Part shown: positions 49,146-59,531 of the stretch, piece after piece
Layout: every line of letters begins with the position of its first letter
Numbering within the stretch: the first letter of the stretch is position 1
Source of the DNA: Longimicrobiales bacterium
Lineage (GTDB): Bacteria; Gemmatimonadota; Gemmatimonadetes; Longimicrobiales; Gaopeijiaceae
Assembly (NCBI GenBank): GCA_965218295.1
Contig: CBDCKN010000015.1
Location: 128,001-192,000, forward strand
Reading direction: 5' to 3'
DNA: 64,000 bases
Translations under genes and position numbers: made by a program
Notes under the pieces: model-generated
What the model saw: the letters and a program-made list of their open reading frames with translations, nothing else
Told to the model about the DNA's origin: nothing
The model's database searches: none

Positions 49146-50333
49146 ATGACCCCTCTGGATGTCGAGAAGCTGAGGGCCGAGACCCCGGGTACCCGGCACA
49201 AAATCCATCTCAACAACGCCGGCGCTGCCCTCATGCCCGCCCCGATCCTCCGTGCCGTGACGGAACACCTGGAGCTCGAGGCCCGGATCGGCGGCTATGA
49301 GGCATCCGACGAGAAGAAGGCCGAGATCGCGGCCGCCTACGAGGTGCTGGGCTCGCTCATCGGGGCGGACCCCGAGAACATAGCCGTCACCGAGAACGCC
49401 ACCGCCTCGTTCATCCAGGCCCTGTCCTCGGTCCCCTTCGCCCCCGGAGACGTGATCGTCACCACCCGGAACGATTACATCTCCAACCAGATCATGTACT
49501 TGTCGCTCCAGAGCCGAATCGGCATCGAGCTGGTGAGGGCGCCCGAGGACCCGTCGGGCGGAGTCGACGTGATGGCCATGGAGGAGGTGATCCACCGGCG
49601 CCGGCCGAAGCTCGTGGCGGTGACCCACATCCCTACCAACTCCGGGCTGGTACAGAAGGTCGCCGACGTGGGAGACATGTGCCGGCAGCGCGACATCCTG
49701 TACCTCGTCGACGCCTGCCAGTCGGTGGGGCAGATGCCCGTGGACGTGGAGGAGATCGGGTGTGACTTCCTCTCCGCCACGGCCCGGAAGTTCCTGCGCG
49801 GTCCCCGGGGGGTGGGGTTCCTGTACGTGTCCGAACGGGCGCTGGACATGGGGCTCGAGCCGCTTTTTCCGGACATGCGTGGCGCCGACTGGATCGAGGC
49901 AGATCTGTACCAGCCGGCTCCCGGAGCTCAGCGCTTCGAGAACTGGGAGTTCCCCTACGCCCTCGTCCTGGGCATGGGCCGAGCCGCCGAGTACGCCCTC
50001 GACCTGGGACTCGAGGCCATTCGGGATCGTGCCTGGGCTCTGGCAGCCATGGCCCGCGATCGCCTGGCCGAGATCGACACCCTGCAGGTCCTCGACCGTG
50101 GATTGGAGCGGTGCGCCATCGTCACAGTGTCGGCGGAGGGCCGCCACGCGGCCGAGCTGGTCTCGTCGCTCGCCGAGGCGGGGATCAGCACCAACGTGGC
50201 CATAAGGGACTACGCCGTACTGGACTTCGACGACAAGGGGGTGGAGTCCGCGGTTCGCGTGTCCCCGCACTACTACAACACCGAGGAAGAGATCGAAGAG
50301 CTCGTGAGCACCCTCTCCGGGCTGGTGAGCTGA
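49146..50333 (+). CDS. Class V PLP enzyme (C-S lyase / EgtE-like)
   Basis: HLNNAGAAL, VDACQSVG, SATARKFLRGPRG, RVSPHYYN; lacks the SufS RAGHHC cysteine. Confidence 0.8.
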   Translation: MTPLDVEKLRAETPGTRHKIHLNNAGAALMPAPILRAVTEHLELEARIGGYEASDEKKAEIAAAYEVLGSLIGADPENIAVTENATASFIQALSSVPFAPGDVIVTTRNDYISNQIMYLSLQSRIGIELVRAPEDPSGGVDVMAMEEVIHRRRPKLVAVTHIPTNSGLVQKVADVGDMCRQRDILYLVDACQSVGQMPVDVEEIGCDFLSATARKFLRGPRGVGFLYVSERALDMGLEPLFPDMRGADWIEADLYQPAPGAQRFENWEFPYALVLGMGRAAEYALDLGLEAIRDRAWALAAMARDRLAEIDTLQVLDRGLERCAIVTVSAEGRHAAELVSSLAEAGISTNVAIRDYAVLDFDDKGVESAVRVSPHYYNTEEEIEELVSTLSGLVS

Positions 50334-50438
50334 AAGTTGGAGGCGATGTGCTTGCCCCTCCTGCTTGCCCCCTCCCCACCACAGTGAAGAGATTCCGACC
50401 CGCCACCGTATTCAAGGGTCAAGGAGCGAGGAGACGCG

Positions 50439-51005
50439 TTGCAAGCGGAGGTAGAGCGAGAGTTGGTCCGAACGTGCAAAGCAGGCGGTGTCCGCTTCTA
50501 CGAGCCTCTCGTGCGGGCGTATGAGGGGCCCGGTTTTCGTCTTGCCGTCGGGATGCTCGGCAGCGCAGATGATGCCCGCGACGCGCTCCAGGATGCCTTC
50601 ATCAAGGCGTGGGAGTCGCTCCACCGATTCGACACCAATCGCCCCTTCGGCCCGTGGTTCTTCCAGATCCTGAGGAATCAGTGCCGAGACGTGATCCGCA
50701 GCCGGCAATCCCGTGGACGCCTCGAGACGAGGGACGAGCGGCTCGAGCTTCGGCCAGCCAGCTCTGCGACGAATCCCGAGCGTGTGCGACAGCGACGTGA
50801 AGCCCAGGAGACCCTTTGGAACGCGCTGCATGAAATCGGAGAGGAGCACCGGGAGATTCTCGTTCTGAAGGAGCTCGAGGGCTTTCGTTATGCCGAGATC
50901 GCAAGCATTCTGGATATCCCTGAAGGCACTGTGGCCAGTCGGCTATATCACGCCCGCAACGCCCTGCGTACTGCGCTGCTGGAGATGAACGCTGAGTATC
51001 CGTAG
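50439..51005 (+). CDS. ECF sigma-70 factor
   Basis: ARDALQDAFIKAW, FGPWFFQILRN, FRYAEIASILDIPEGTVASRLYHAR. Confidence 0.88.
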   Translation: MQAEVERELVRTCKAGGVRFYEPLVRAYEGPGFRLAVGMLGSADDARDALQDAFIKAWESLHRFDTNRPFGPWFFQILRNQCRDVIRSRQSRGRLETRDERLELRPASSATNPERVRQRREAQETLWNALHEIGEEHREILVLKELEGFRYAEIASILDIPEGTVASRLYHARNALRTALLEMNAEYP

Positions 51006-51029
51006 ACCCGGTCCCAGGAGGATCACGTC

Positions 51030-51449
51030 GTGACAGGCGTCAGTCACGAGACGCTCATGCGCTACCTCGACGGCGAGGTGGCGCCTGAGGAGCGTGCAAG
51101 AGTCGAGTCTGCAGTCGCCGCGTCCACCGAGCTGCAGCGGGACGTGGCGGTGTTCGGTGCCATGAAGGAGGACCTTCAGGCCATGACGTTCATACTCAGC
51201 CGGGACGATTCGGTCTGGGGCGTGGTGCACAGGCGACTGACGCGACCCATCGGTTGGCTCCTCGTCCTGGTCGGATTCACGGTCTGGGCCACCTACGGGT
51301 CTTACCTGTACCTGGTGTCCGCCATCGATCCCTGGGAGAAGCTGGCCACCTCGGCTATCGGCGTGGGCATCCTGTTCCTCTTCGTCGGCGTCATCTACGA
51401 GCGCTACAAGGAGTGGCTCACCGATCCCTACCGGGACGTCTACAGATGA
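51030..51449 (+). CDS. Putative membrane anti-sigma factor
   Basis: LMRYLDGE N-terminus (ZAS-like without Cys/His), two TM helices, DPYRDV tail; follows the sigma gene. Confidence 0.7.
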   Translation: MTGVSHETLMRYLDGEVAPEERARVESAVAASTELQRDVAVFGAMKEDLQAMTFILSRDDSVWGVVHRRLTRPIGWLLVLVGFTVWATYGSYLYLVSAIDPWEKLATSAIGVGILFLFVGVIYERYKEWLTDPYRDVYR

Positions 51450-51769
51450 TCGTCGTCACCACACCCGACATCAGCGGGATGAGGGTCGTGCGCATGCTGG
51501 GGCTCGTTCGGGGAAACACCATTCGAGCACGTCACGTCGGCAAGGATGTGATAGCGGTCCTGCGGAACCTGGCCGGCGGCGAGATCCACGAGTACGCGAA
51601 GATGCTGGCCGAGGCGCGGGAGCAGGCCATCGACCGGCTGGTGGAAGAGGCCGAGGCCCTCGGAGGCAACGCGGTGCTGAGCCTCCGCTTCCAGACCTCC
51701 ATGATCCAAAAGGGCGCGGCCGAGATGCTCTGTTACGGGACTGCCGTGGTCGTCGAGCCCGAGGACTGA
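51446..51769 (+). CDS. YbjQ/UPF0145 family protein
   Basis: MIVVTTPDISG...LGLVRG...GGEIHEY...AREQA...YGTAV; ATGA overlap. Confidence 0.88.
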   Translation: MIVVTTPDISGMRVVRMLGLVRGNTIRARHVGKDVIAVLRNLAGGEIHEYAKMLAEAREQAIDRLVEEAEALGGNAVLSLRFQTSMIQKGAAEMLCYGTAVVVEPED

Positions 51770-51780
51770 CCGGCAACAAC

Positions 51781-52617
51781 GTGTTGACATTAGCGGTCCT
51801 CCAGCCCGATCCTCGCGCGACGGCTCGGTTGGCCGACGCGCTGGGATCCAAGTACGAGCTCCGGTCCTACCGGACCTGGGCGAGGCTGTGGAGCGCCGCC
51901 CCCAAGGCTCCCTGGTCGGGCTGCATCATCGACATCTACCCTCCCACCGGCGCCGTTCCCCCTTCGAAGCTCGGACGACTGAGGCGGAGGCGTCCCGACC
52001 TGGCCATCGTTGTCTACTCGGACTTCACCGATCGGGAGCTGGACCTCTTCGAGGTGGGGCGGCAACAGATCGATGCCGTGATCCTGGCCGGCCTCGAAGA
52101 TTCGGCGCCGGCCATTCGGGCCACCGTCAGCCGCTCGCTCGCCTCGGCTGCCGCGGGGGCCGTGGAGACCGCTCTGGAGGGGCGCCTGGCAGCTTTGGGC
52201 GTAGCTGTCGTCCGCTGGTCCATGGAGCACTCCTTCGAGCGCCCCGGCGTGGACGAGTTGGCGCAGAGCATGGGGCTGTCCCGAAGCAAGCTCGCGAGGG
52301 AGCTGAGTCGCCACGGTCTTCCGTCGCCACGAGCCCTCCTCCTCTGGGGACGACTGTTCCAGGCGGCTCGCCTGCTTCAGGGGGACACCGCCACGGTGGA
52401 GGGTGTGGCCCACGCCCTCGGATACTCGACGAGCTCGGCTCTCCGTCGAGCGTTTCAGCAGTACGTGGGATGTCCTCCCGGAGCCATATCCACCCTGGGC
52501 GGGGTAGCGCGTGTGCTTCAGTCGTTCTTCGAGTCCCAGGAGATGCAGAGCTCGGCCGCCCCCCTTGTAGCTCAGGCGCCCCCTCGCAGGAAGGCCCGCA
52601 GATCCCCGATGTCGTAG
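51781..52617 (+). CDS. AraC-family regulator with N-terminal receiver-like domain
   Basis: VDELAQSMGLSRSKLAREL, TVEGVAHALGYSTSSALRRAFQQYVG. Confidence 0.8.
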   Translation: MLTLAVLQPDPRATARLADALGSKYELRSYRTWARLWSAAPKAPWSGCIIDIYPPTGAVPPSKLGRLRRRRPDLAIVVYSDFTDRELDLFEVGRQQIDAVILAGLEDSAPAIRATVSRSLASAAAGAVETALEGRLAALGVAVVRWSMEHSFERPGVDELAQSMGLSRSKLARELSRHGLPSPRALLLWGRLFQAARLLQGDTATVEGVAHALGYSTSSALRRAFQQYVGCPPGAISTLGGVARVLQSFFESQEMQSSAAPLVAQAPPRRKARRSPMS

Positions 52618-54464
52618 AAGCCGTTGTCGTTCCCACGTGAGTCGAGAATCAACCGCTCGCCGGCATTGAGGGGCACGGCCTGGGAATCGAGAAACGGGGT
52701 CAGAGCGCGCTCCAGGGTCATCACGAACTCCCCCACGGTCAGAGGCACGACCACGATGCGCACGTTGCCCTGGGAGTCCTCGATGCCGACGCTGAGATCG
52801 AAGTCGCCCATGAGCTCTGGCGCCCCGCCCACGACGAGCTCCATTCTGTCCGTGGCCACGGTCATGCCACGAGACGGCAGGGCGTCGTCTATGAACGCCG
52901 TGTAGGGCATCAGCCCCCCGGCGATGGTCAGCCGGCCCGTGTAGGGGTTGAATTGGCTCCCGTCCGGCAAGGCGCCCACGTCCACTATGCCGGGCACTCG
53001 GCTGGTGGTGAGATGAACGCGGGCCTCGCCCCCGGCCACGGCGATGGAGTGGACCGTCACGCGACTCGGAGCGGATCCGGCGTGACGACGCGTCCCGGGG
53101 CTGGTCTCGTTGTTCAGGAGCACCAGAGACACGTCGAGCCCCCAAGCGTCCGAGGCCTCGCCTCGATTGCCTCCGTTCAGGGCCGTGAGGCGGAGGTCCG
53201 TGCGACCGTCCGCCTCCACCACGGCGAAGAGGTACTCCACGCCCGTTCCCCGATCTGGACGTCGTACGCCCTCCGTATCCCAGTGGTACATGAGGACACC
53301 GGAGGACGGTAGGTTGGCGTCGAAGCCCGTCTGCGGACGGTACTCGAGAACCAGAAACTCGACGCCGTCGTCGTCCAGCGGGACCCAGAGCGCCTGGCGG
53401 CTCTGCTGAGCCGGACCCAGGACGAACTCCTCGTCGAACACGTCTCCCACCTCGATCCACTGGACCCAGCCGAGCTGCTCCTTGGACCAGGGGCTGAAGT
53501 GCGTGGGCCCGAAGCTGTCCCCCCGCGTGGATCCGTCTCCGCACCCCCAGGAGCCCGCGGCCATGAGGCCCCAGCATCCGAGCACCCACCGGCGGTTCTG
53601 GGGCTCGATTCCGTCGATGGGATGATACAGGTCCGGAAGACCCAGGACGTGCCCGAACTCGTGAGAGACGACGCCCGCAGTCTGAAGGGTCTCGCCCGTG
53701 CAGTCGGTGGCGCTCGTGATCGTGTATCCCAACAAGAGTATGGGGGTGCCGTCGAACCCCACGTCCTCGGTCGCCAGTGCGTCGCCCAGCCAGAAGAACA
53801 TGGCGCTCCGGTGAGGCCAGATGGCCGGCCCACCGCACGACGCCGAGACCTCCTGGAACTCGAAGTTCACCACGTCCACGATCCCGTCGTCGTCACCGCT
53901 GTTCGGGACGCCGTCCGGGCCGTCGTTGTCGAACTGCGTGAAGTCGATGACCTCGTCGGCCAGGGTCACGGCCTCCACCAGGAAATCCCCGGTCCCGGTG
54001 TTGTCGCCCAGCCCGAAGCTCTCGCCCACTACCTCGGCAACCGTGAGGCTGGTCCGTACCCACGGGGCTACGACCCCCTCGACCTTCAGGAGCCCACCCG
54101 ACGCCTCGAGGTAGAAGTCCGTGAGCGTGCCGGCCTCCGAAGGTCCGTCGAAGATGACTCTTCGGATGTCCTCCACGGGGAACAGGGGCTCTTCCGAGTC
54201 CGCAAAGAGCGCGGGAATGACCAGGAGTTGGAACCGCCCGGCCACCGGCATCACCTGACCGTGCACCGCCTGGGGCCTCTGGCCTCTCCACGCTTGTGGA
54301 AGCTCGAAGACATCGGGGTTCCGCAGAACGCGATCGTAGTACTCCTGCGGTAACGTGATGCCCCGGATCTCTGCGAGGGCCTCGATGTCCTGGGCGTGCG
54401 CCTCTCCCAAGGCCCCGCACGACGCCATCCCGGCGAATACCCAGAGGACGATCCACCGGCTCAC
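52572..54464 (-). CDS. Secreted M6-family (immune inhibitor A-like) zinc metalloprotease with Ig-like domain
   Basis: Signal peptide; FDNDGPDGVPNSGDDDGIVD, IWPHRS, HEFGHVLGLPDLY, WGLMAAGSW. Confidence 0.88.
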   Translation of the reverse strand: MSRWIVLWVFAGMASCGALGEAHAQDIEALAEIRGITLPQEYYDRVLRNPDVFELPQAWRGQRPQAVHGQVMPVAGRFQLLVIPALFADSEEPLFPVEDIRRVIFDGPSEAGTLTDFYLEASGGLLKVEGVVAPWVRTSLTVAEVVGESFGLGDNTGTGDFLVEAVTLADEVIDFTQFDNDGPDGVPNSGDDDGIVDVVNFEFQEVSASCGGPAIWPHRSAMFFWLGDALATEDVGFDGTPILLLGYTITSATDCTGETLQTAGVVSHEFGHVLGLPDLYHPIDGIEPQNRRWVLGCWGLMAAGSWGCGDGSTRGDSFGPTHFSPWSKEQLGWVQWIEVGDVFDEEFVLGPAQQSRQALWVPLDDDGVEFLVLEYRPQTGFDANLPSSGVLMYHWDTEGVRRPDRGTGVEYLFAVVEADGRTDLRLTALNGGNRGEASDAWGLDVSLVLLNNETSPGTRRHAGSAPSRVTVHSIAVAGGEARVHLTTSRVPGIVDVGALPDGSQFNPYTGRLTIAGGLMPYTAFIDDALPSRGMTVATDRMELVVGGAPELMGDFDLSVGIEDSQGNVRIVVVPLTVGEFVMTLERALTPFLDSQAVPLNAGERLILDSRGNDNGFYDIGDLRAFLRGGA

Positions 54465-54859
54465 GGTGTGAACCTCACGCTGTATTCGAGCAAGCCGGCC
54501 CTGAGCTCGTTCTGACCGTCGGCGACCTGGAGCAGCGTCGCTACCGGTGTTAGCGTCGTGTCGGCGACGTTCAAGCGGAAAGCGATGTCCCCCGGGTTGT
54601 CCAGGACCACGAGGACCTTCGTGGTATCGCCCACGACGCTGGTGTGGAGATCGCCGGTGAGTGGCTCCACGAACGCGACACCCTCGCCGACGAGACGGAT
54701 CAGCGCTGCACCCTCCGCTCCGTTGGGCGACTCGACGGTGGCGGTCAGGGTTCCGGGTGCGCTCACCGGCGCCACGTCTCCGCAGCCCGAGGCGCCCAGC
54801 AGTACCGCCAGGAACAGGAGGGCCCTGGAGAATACTGGCCGTCGTGAAGAGTCAGACAT
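54461..54859 (-). CDS. Hypothetical beta-rich lipoprotein
   Basis: LLFLAVLLGASGC lipobox; coupled to patatin (upstream) and M6 (downstream). Confidence 0.75.
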   Translation of the reverse strand: MSDSSRRPVFSRALLFLAVLLGASGCGDVAPVSAPGTLTATVESPNGAEGAALIRLVGEGVAFVEPLTGDLHTSVVGDTTKVLVVLDNPGDIAFRLNVADTTLTPVATLLQVADGQNELRAGLLEYSVRFTP

Positions 54860-55784
54860 CGACCTTGACGGAAAGAGCCTCTCGGGTGGCTCGATACCCC
54901 TCTTCCAGGAAGTACTCGATCCGGTCGAAGTCGAAGCCTCCCTGGTCCTCCAGATCGGGCCGCACCAGGGTCAACGGGACGCCTGTCCAATCGCGTACCG
55001 TGTCCCTCCGCTTCTGACCGGACATGATGGCGAAGACCCTCTGATGGACCGCCACCAGCCCCTCCTTGGCAACCAGGCGGGCGTCCGCGTCCGGGCCGGC
55101 GCCAGCATCGACGGCGATGATACGGGTGGCCCCCATGTCCGAGGCCCGCCGCAGAGGTAGCATCTCCTGGACGCCACCGTCCATGAGGAATCGACCATCC
55201 ACCTCCGCCAACGGAAACAGAACGGGAAGCGCACACGACGCATATACCGCATCGACCAGAGGAATGTCGGTGTCGCCCCGATGGCCGAGCCAGACCGTCT
55301 CGCCCGACGCCAGGTCGACCACGTTCACGGCCATCGGAATTTGAAGCTCATGCCAACGCTCCGTTGGAAGGAGCCCAAGGATGTAGTCCCTGAGAGGGCC
55401 TCCCTGGAACACGCTTGCGGCACGGATGCCGTTGATCCACACGGCCCGGCGATTCAAGCGGATGAGGTCGCGTCGCCTCAAGCTACATGCAAAGGCCTCC
55501 ATCTCCTCGACGCTGCGGCCTCCCGCAAAGGCGGCCCCGACCATGGCTCCGATGCTCGTCCCGATGATTCCGGCTACCGGAACGCCCGCCTCCTGGACGG
55601 CCTTCCAAGCGCCGATGTGGGCCAGTCCCTTGAGGGCCCCGCCCCCCATGATCAGCCAGGTCACGTCGCCGGACACACCGCCGGACACGTCGCCGGACAC
55701 ACCGCCAGACATGCCGCCGGACACGTCGCCAGACATGCGGCCGGACACGCCGCTCGTACCACCGTCCTCGAAGGAGGTCGTCAC
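54852..55784 (-). CDS. Patatin-like phospholipase
   Basis: GGGALKGLAHIG, GTSIG, MDGG. Confidence 0.9.
   Translation of the reverse strand: MTTSFEDGGTSGVSGRMSGDVSGGMSGGVSGDVSGGVSGDVTWLIMGGGALKGLAHIGAWKAVQEAGVPVAGIIGTSIGAMVGAAFAGGRSVEEMEAFACSLRRRDLIRLNRRAVWINGIRAASVFQGGPLRDYILGLLPTERWHELQIPMAVNVVDLASGETVWLGHRGDTDIPLVDAVYASCALPVLFPLAEVDGRFLMDGGVQEMLPLRRASDMGATRIIAVDAGAGPDADARLVAKEGLVAVHQRVFAIMSGQKRRDTVRDWTGVPLTLVRPDLEDQGGFDFDRIEYFLEEGYRATREALSVKVDV
55662..55745 (-). repeat. 12-bp coding tandem repeat x7 (S-G-x-V/M)
   Basis: Encodes SGRM SGDV SGGM SGGV SGDV SGGV SGDV at the patatin N-terminus. Confidence 0.85.
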
Positions 55785-55816
55785 GGTCGAGCCACCTCAC
55801 GGAACAGTGGCTCAGC

Positions 55817-55868
55817 TTGACGGTACATTTATGCCTCTCTAGCTTTGATGAAAAGAAGAATCATTCTC
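55817..55868 (+). promoter_or_regulatory. Sigma70 promoter of the suf operon plus Fur-like box
   Basis: TTGACG (55817)-N17-TAGCTT (55840); GAAAAGAAGAATCATTCTC (55850-55868) matches GATAATGATAATCATTATC at 14/19. Confidence 0.7.
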
Positions 55869-55901
55869 AATAAGACCTATTCGCCAGAGTTTTCCGCCCC
55901 C

Positions 55902-56681
55902 ATGAGTGACACTCCAATTCTTAAGGTTACCGGCCTTCATGCCAAGGTCCTCGACGAGGATCTCCCGATTCTGAACGGGGTGGATCTCGAGCTCCAGCGG
56001 GGCGAGATCCACGCCATCATGGGGCCGAACGGCTCCGGCAAGAGCACCCTCGCCAAGGTCCTGGCCGGCCACCCCGGATACGAGGTCACGGCCGGCGACG
56101 TTACATACCGTGAGGAGTCCATCCTCGGGATGGAGCCGGACGAGCGTGCCCTTGCGGGGATATTCCTCGCATTCCAGTACCCCGCCGAGATCCCCGGGGT
56201 CTCCATCGCCAACTTCCTGAGGACCGCCCTCCAGGCTCGACTGGGAGGCGACGAGGATCTCGACCTCTTCGATTTCCAGGACGAGCTCATCGACCGCATG
56301 GAGCTCCTGGACATGGAGCCCGCCTTCGCCGAGCGCTCCGTGAACGACGGCTTCAGCGGAGGCGAGAAGAAGCGAAACGAGATCCTCCAGATGGCCGTTC
56401 TACGGCCTGCGCTGGCGGTAATGGACGAGACCGACTCGGGCCTGGACATCGACGCCGTCAAGATCGTGGCCAACGGGGTGAACAAGCTGCGCGAGGAGGA
56501 CCCCGAGATGACCGTCCTGGTCATCACCCACTATCAGCGTCTCCTCAACTACATCACGCCCGATGTGGTTCACGTGATGGTGGACGGCCGGATCGTGCGG
56601 ACCGGTGGGTCGGAGGTGGCGGTGGAGCTAGAGGAGCAGGGGTACTCAGACTGGAAGGAAAGGGAAGAGGTCCGGGTATAA
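55902..56681 (+). CDS. sufC: Fe-S assembly ATPase SufC
   Basis: [40 protein letters not shown]. Confidence 0.95.
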   Translation: MSDTPILKVTGLHAKVLDEDLPILNGVDLELQRGEIHAIMGPNGSGKSTLAKVLAGHPGYEVTAGDVTYREESILGMEPDERALAGIFLAFQYPAEIPGVSIANFLRTALQARLGGDEDLDLFDFQDELIDRMELLDMEPAFAERSVNDGFSGGEKKRNEILQMAVLRPALAVMDETDSGLDIDAVKIVANGVNKLREEDPEMTVLVITHYQRLLNYITPDVVHVMVDGRIVRTGGSEVAVELEEQGYSDWKEREEVRV

Positions 56682-56757
56682 CCCCCGAACACCCAAGATA
56701 CGTAAGACACTAGATTTGTAGCGGGATCACCCGCGGACTTTCAGCAGGACAACGGTC

Positions 56758-58173
56758 ATGCCACAGAACGAGCTGGTCCAAGATCTCGACCTCGACGAGT
56801 ACAAGTACGGATTCGTCGACGAAGAGGCCCACATCTTCCGCACGAAGCCCGGCCTCGACGAGGAAATCGTGCGTCAGATCTCGAGCCACAAGGAAGAGCC
56901 GCAGTGGATGCTGGACTTCCGCCTCAAGGCACTCCGCATCTACGAGAAGAAGCCCATGCCCACCTGGGGTGGGGACCTCTCCCACCTCGAGGAGACGCTG
57001 GACGAGATCTACTTCTACGTGAAGCCCCAGGATCAGATGGAGCGCTCCTGGGACGACGTGCCGGACAACATCAAGACCACGTTCGAGAAACTCGGCATCC
57101 CCGAGGCGGAGCAGAAGGCCCTGGCCGGTGTGGGAGCCCAGTACGAATCGGAGATGGTGTACCACTCCCTCAAGGAGGAGTGGGAGTCCCAGGGCGTGAT
57201 CTTCGACTCCATCGAAGACGGGCTCAAGAACCACCCGGAGCTCTTCAGGGAGCACTTCGCCACGGTGATTCCCGCCGCGGACAACAAGTTCGCGGCGCTC
57301 AACTCGGCCGTGTGGTCTGGAGGGTCCTTCGTCTACATCCCGAAGGGTGTCCACCTCGCGACGCCGCTTCAGGCTTACTTCCGGGTCAACCAGGAGCGCA
57401 TGGGGCAGTTCGAGCGTACGCTCATCATCATCGAGGAAGGAGCGCAGGCCCACTACATCGAAGGGTGTACTGCGCCGGTCTACTCCACCGACTCGTTCCA
57501 CTCCGGTGTCATCGAGATCGTGCTCAAGCGGGACTCACGCTTCCGCTACACGACCATCCAGAACTGGTCGAACAACATGTACAACCTCGTGACCCAGCGC
57601 GCTTTCGTTAACGAGAACGCGACCATGGAATGGCTCGACGGGAATCTCGGCTCGAAGCTCACCATGAAGTACCCGTCCTGCTACCTCATGGGTGAAGGAG
57701 CGCACGGCTCCATCATGTCCATCGCCTACGCAAGCGACGGCCAACATCAGGACACGGGCGGCAAGGTCATCCACGCGGCGCCCAACACGACGTCCTCCAT
57801 CATCTCCAAGTCCATCTCCAAGGGGACCGGGAGGTCGACGTACCGGGGGCTCTGCAAGGTGTACGAGGGTGCCGTCAACGCTCGATCGAACGTCGAGTGC
57901 GACGCTCTCTTGATCAACGACACCTCCCGAACGGACACGTACCCCTACATCGAGATCGAGGAAAAGCGGGCCACCGTCGGCCACGAAGCCACCGTCTCGA
58001 AGGTGGGCGACGAGCAGCTCTTCTATCTGAAGAGTCGCGGAATGACCGAAGAGGAGGCCATGGCCCTGATCGTGCGGGGGTTCATCGAGCCCATCGCCAA
58101 GGAGCTGCCGCTTGAGTACGCGGTGGAGCTCAACCGGCTGATCGATCTCGAGATGGAGGGATCGGTCGGTTGA
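56758..58173 (+). CDS. sufB: Fe-S assembly protein SufB
   Basis: [50 protein letters not shown]. Confidence 0.95.
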   Translation: MPQNELVQDLDLDEYKYGFVDEEAHIFRTKPGLDEEIVRQISSHKEEPQWMLDFRLKALRIYEKKPMPTWGGDLSHLEETLDEIYFYVKPQDQMERSWDDVPDNIKTTFEKLGIPEAEQKALAGVGAQYESEMVYHSLKEEWESQGVIFDSIEDGLKNHPELFREHFATVIPAADNKFAALNSAVWSGGSFVYIPKGVHLATPLQAYFRVNQERMGQFERTLIIIEEGAQAHYIEGCTAPVYSTDSFHSGVIEIVLKRDSRFRYTTIQNWSNNMYNLVTQRAFVNENATMEWLDGNLGSKLTMKYPSCYLMGEGAHGSIMSIAYASDGQHQDTGGKVIHAAPNTTSSIISKSISKGTGRSTYRGLCKVYEGAVNARSNVECDALLINDTSRTDTYPYIEIEEKRATVGHEATVSKVGDEQLFYLKSRGMTEEEAMALIVRGFIEPIAKELPLEYAVELNRLIDLEMEGSVG

Positions 58174-59531
58174 TGACGAACACGACCGGGGCCATGTCGA
58201 CCCTGGAGCGGGAGGACGCCACGGCGTCCCTCGACGGCGCCGCGGTCGAGCGCCTGGGCCGCGACGCCCCGGACTGGCTTCGCCGGCGCCGCGAGCACGC
58301 GTGGTCCGTCTACGAGGACACTCCCCTTCCGACAACGCGCTCGGAGGAGTGGCGGTACACCAACCTCTCAAAGATCGTCGATCTCGAGTCGCTGAGGCTC
58401 CTCGTGCCCGAGGATACCGACCCGGACGCGCCACGACCCAAGCTCCTGGAAGACGCCATGGACGAGGACCGGGCCGCGTCGGGACATTCGGTGCTGGTGG
58501 ACGGTCTGGCGGTGCACGTCGACCTGGACGCGGATCTGGCGGCCCAGGGAGTCATCCTCACGTCCCTGCGGTCCGCTGTCGAGGATCACGCCGACCTGGT
58601 GGAGGAGCATCTCGCCGTCGACGCTCTCCCGCCCGAGCAGGGCAAGTTCGAAGCCCTGAACGCGGCGCTCTGGACCGACGGAGTCCTCCTCTACGTTCCC
58701 CGCGGCGTGCACCTCGAGCTTCCGGTGCGGGCCACTCGCTGGCTCTCGCACGCCGGCTCGGCCGTGTGCACGCGGACCCTCGTCATCGCGGAGGCCGGCA
58801 GCCAGGTGTCGTACGTCGAGGAGCTCCTGTCGGAGAACGTCGACGAGCGCACGCTGTCGTCCTCCGCCGTCGAGATCATCGCAAAAGACGGGGCTCGGGT
58901 TCAGTACGTGTCCATCCAGCGGTCAGGCCGCGGCGTGTTCTGTCAGTCGGCCCAGCGGACGCTTGCGCACCGTGACTCGAAGCTCGACACGCTCAACGTG
59001 AGCCTGGGTGGGTCGGTGAGTCGAGTCGACTTGAATGCGCGGCTGCTGGGTCCCGGAGCCAACAGCGACATGCTGGGCCTCTACTTCGGCGACGAGGACC
59101 AGCACTTCGATCACAACACGAGCCAGGATCACGTGGCTCCCAACGCCAGGAGCGACCTGCTGTACAAGGGTGCCCTGGACGGTGCCTCGCGCGCCGCGTT
59201 CCGAGGGATCATCCGGGTCCATCTCGGAGCCCAGGGAACGGACGCGTATCAGACGAACCGCAACCTGCTCCTCTCGGACGAGGCACGGGCAGACTCGCTA
59301 CCCAACCTCGAGATCGAGGCCGACGACGTGAAGTGCTCCCACGGGGCCACGGTGGGCCAGCTCGACGGGGAGACGCTCTTCTACCTGCTGAGCCGGGGAC
59401 TCAGCCGCCAGCAGGCGGAGCGATTGGTGGTCCTCGGGTTCCTGGGCGACGTCATTTCCCGACTGCCCTTGGGCGGCGTCGTGGCGAAGGTCACGCGGGC
59501 CATCGAGCAGAAGCTGCAGGCGCATGTCTAA
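58173..59531 (+). CDS. sufD: Fe-S assembly protein SufD
   Basis: EEWRYT, PNLEIEADDVKCSHGATVG, LFYLLSRG. Confidence 0.93.
   Translation: MTNTTGAMSTLEREDATASLDGAAVERLGRDAPDWLRRRREHAWSVYEDTPLPTTRSEEWRYTNLSKIVDLESLRLLVPEDTDPDAPRPKLLEDAMDEDRAASGHSVLVDGLAVHVDLDADLAAQGVILTSLRSAVEDHADLVEEHLAVDALPPEQGKFEALNAALWTDGVLLYVPRGVHLELPVRATRWLSHAGSAVCTRTLVIAEAGSQVSYVEELLSENVDERTLSSSAVEIIAKDGARVQYVSIQRSGRGVFCQSAQRTLAHRDSKLDTLNVSLGGSVSRVDLNARLLGPGANSDMLGLYFGDEDQHFDHNTSQDHVAPNARSDLLYKGALDGASRAAFRGIIRVHLGAQGTDAYQTNRNLLLSDEARADSLPNLEIEADDVKCSHGATVGQLDGETLFYLLSRGLSRQQAERLVVLGFLGDVISRLPLGGVVAKVTRAIEQKLQAHV

Noticed and set aside
55662..55745. CRISPR array
   Set aside because: Contiguous 12-bp coding units with no spacers and no cas genes; no CRISPR was seen anywhere in the window.
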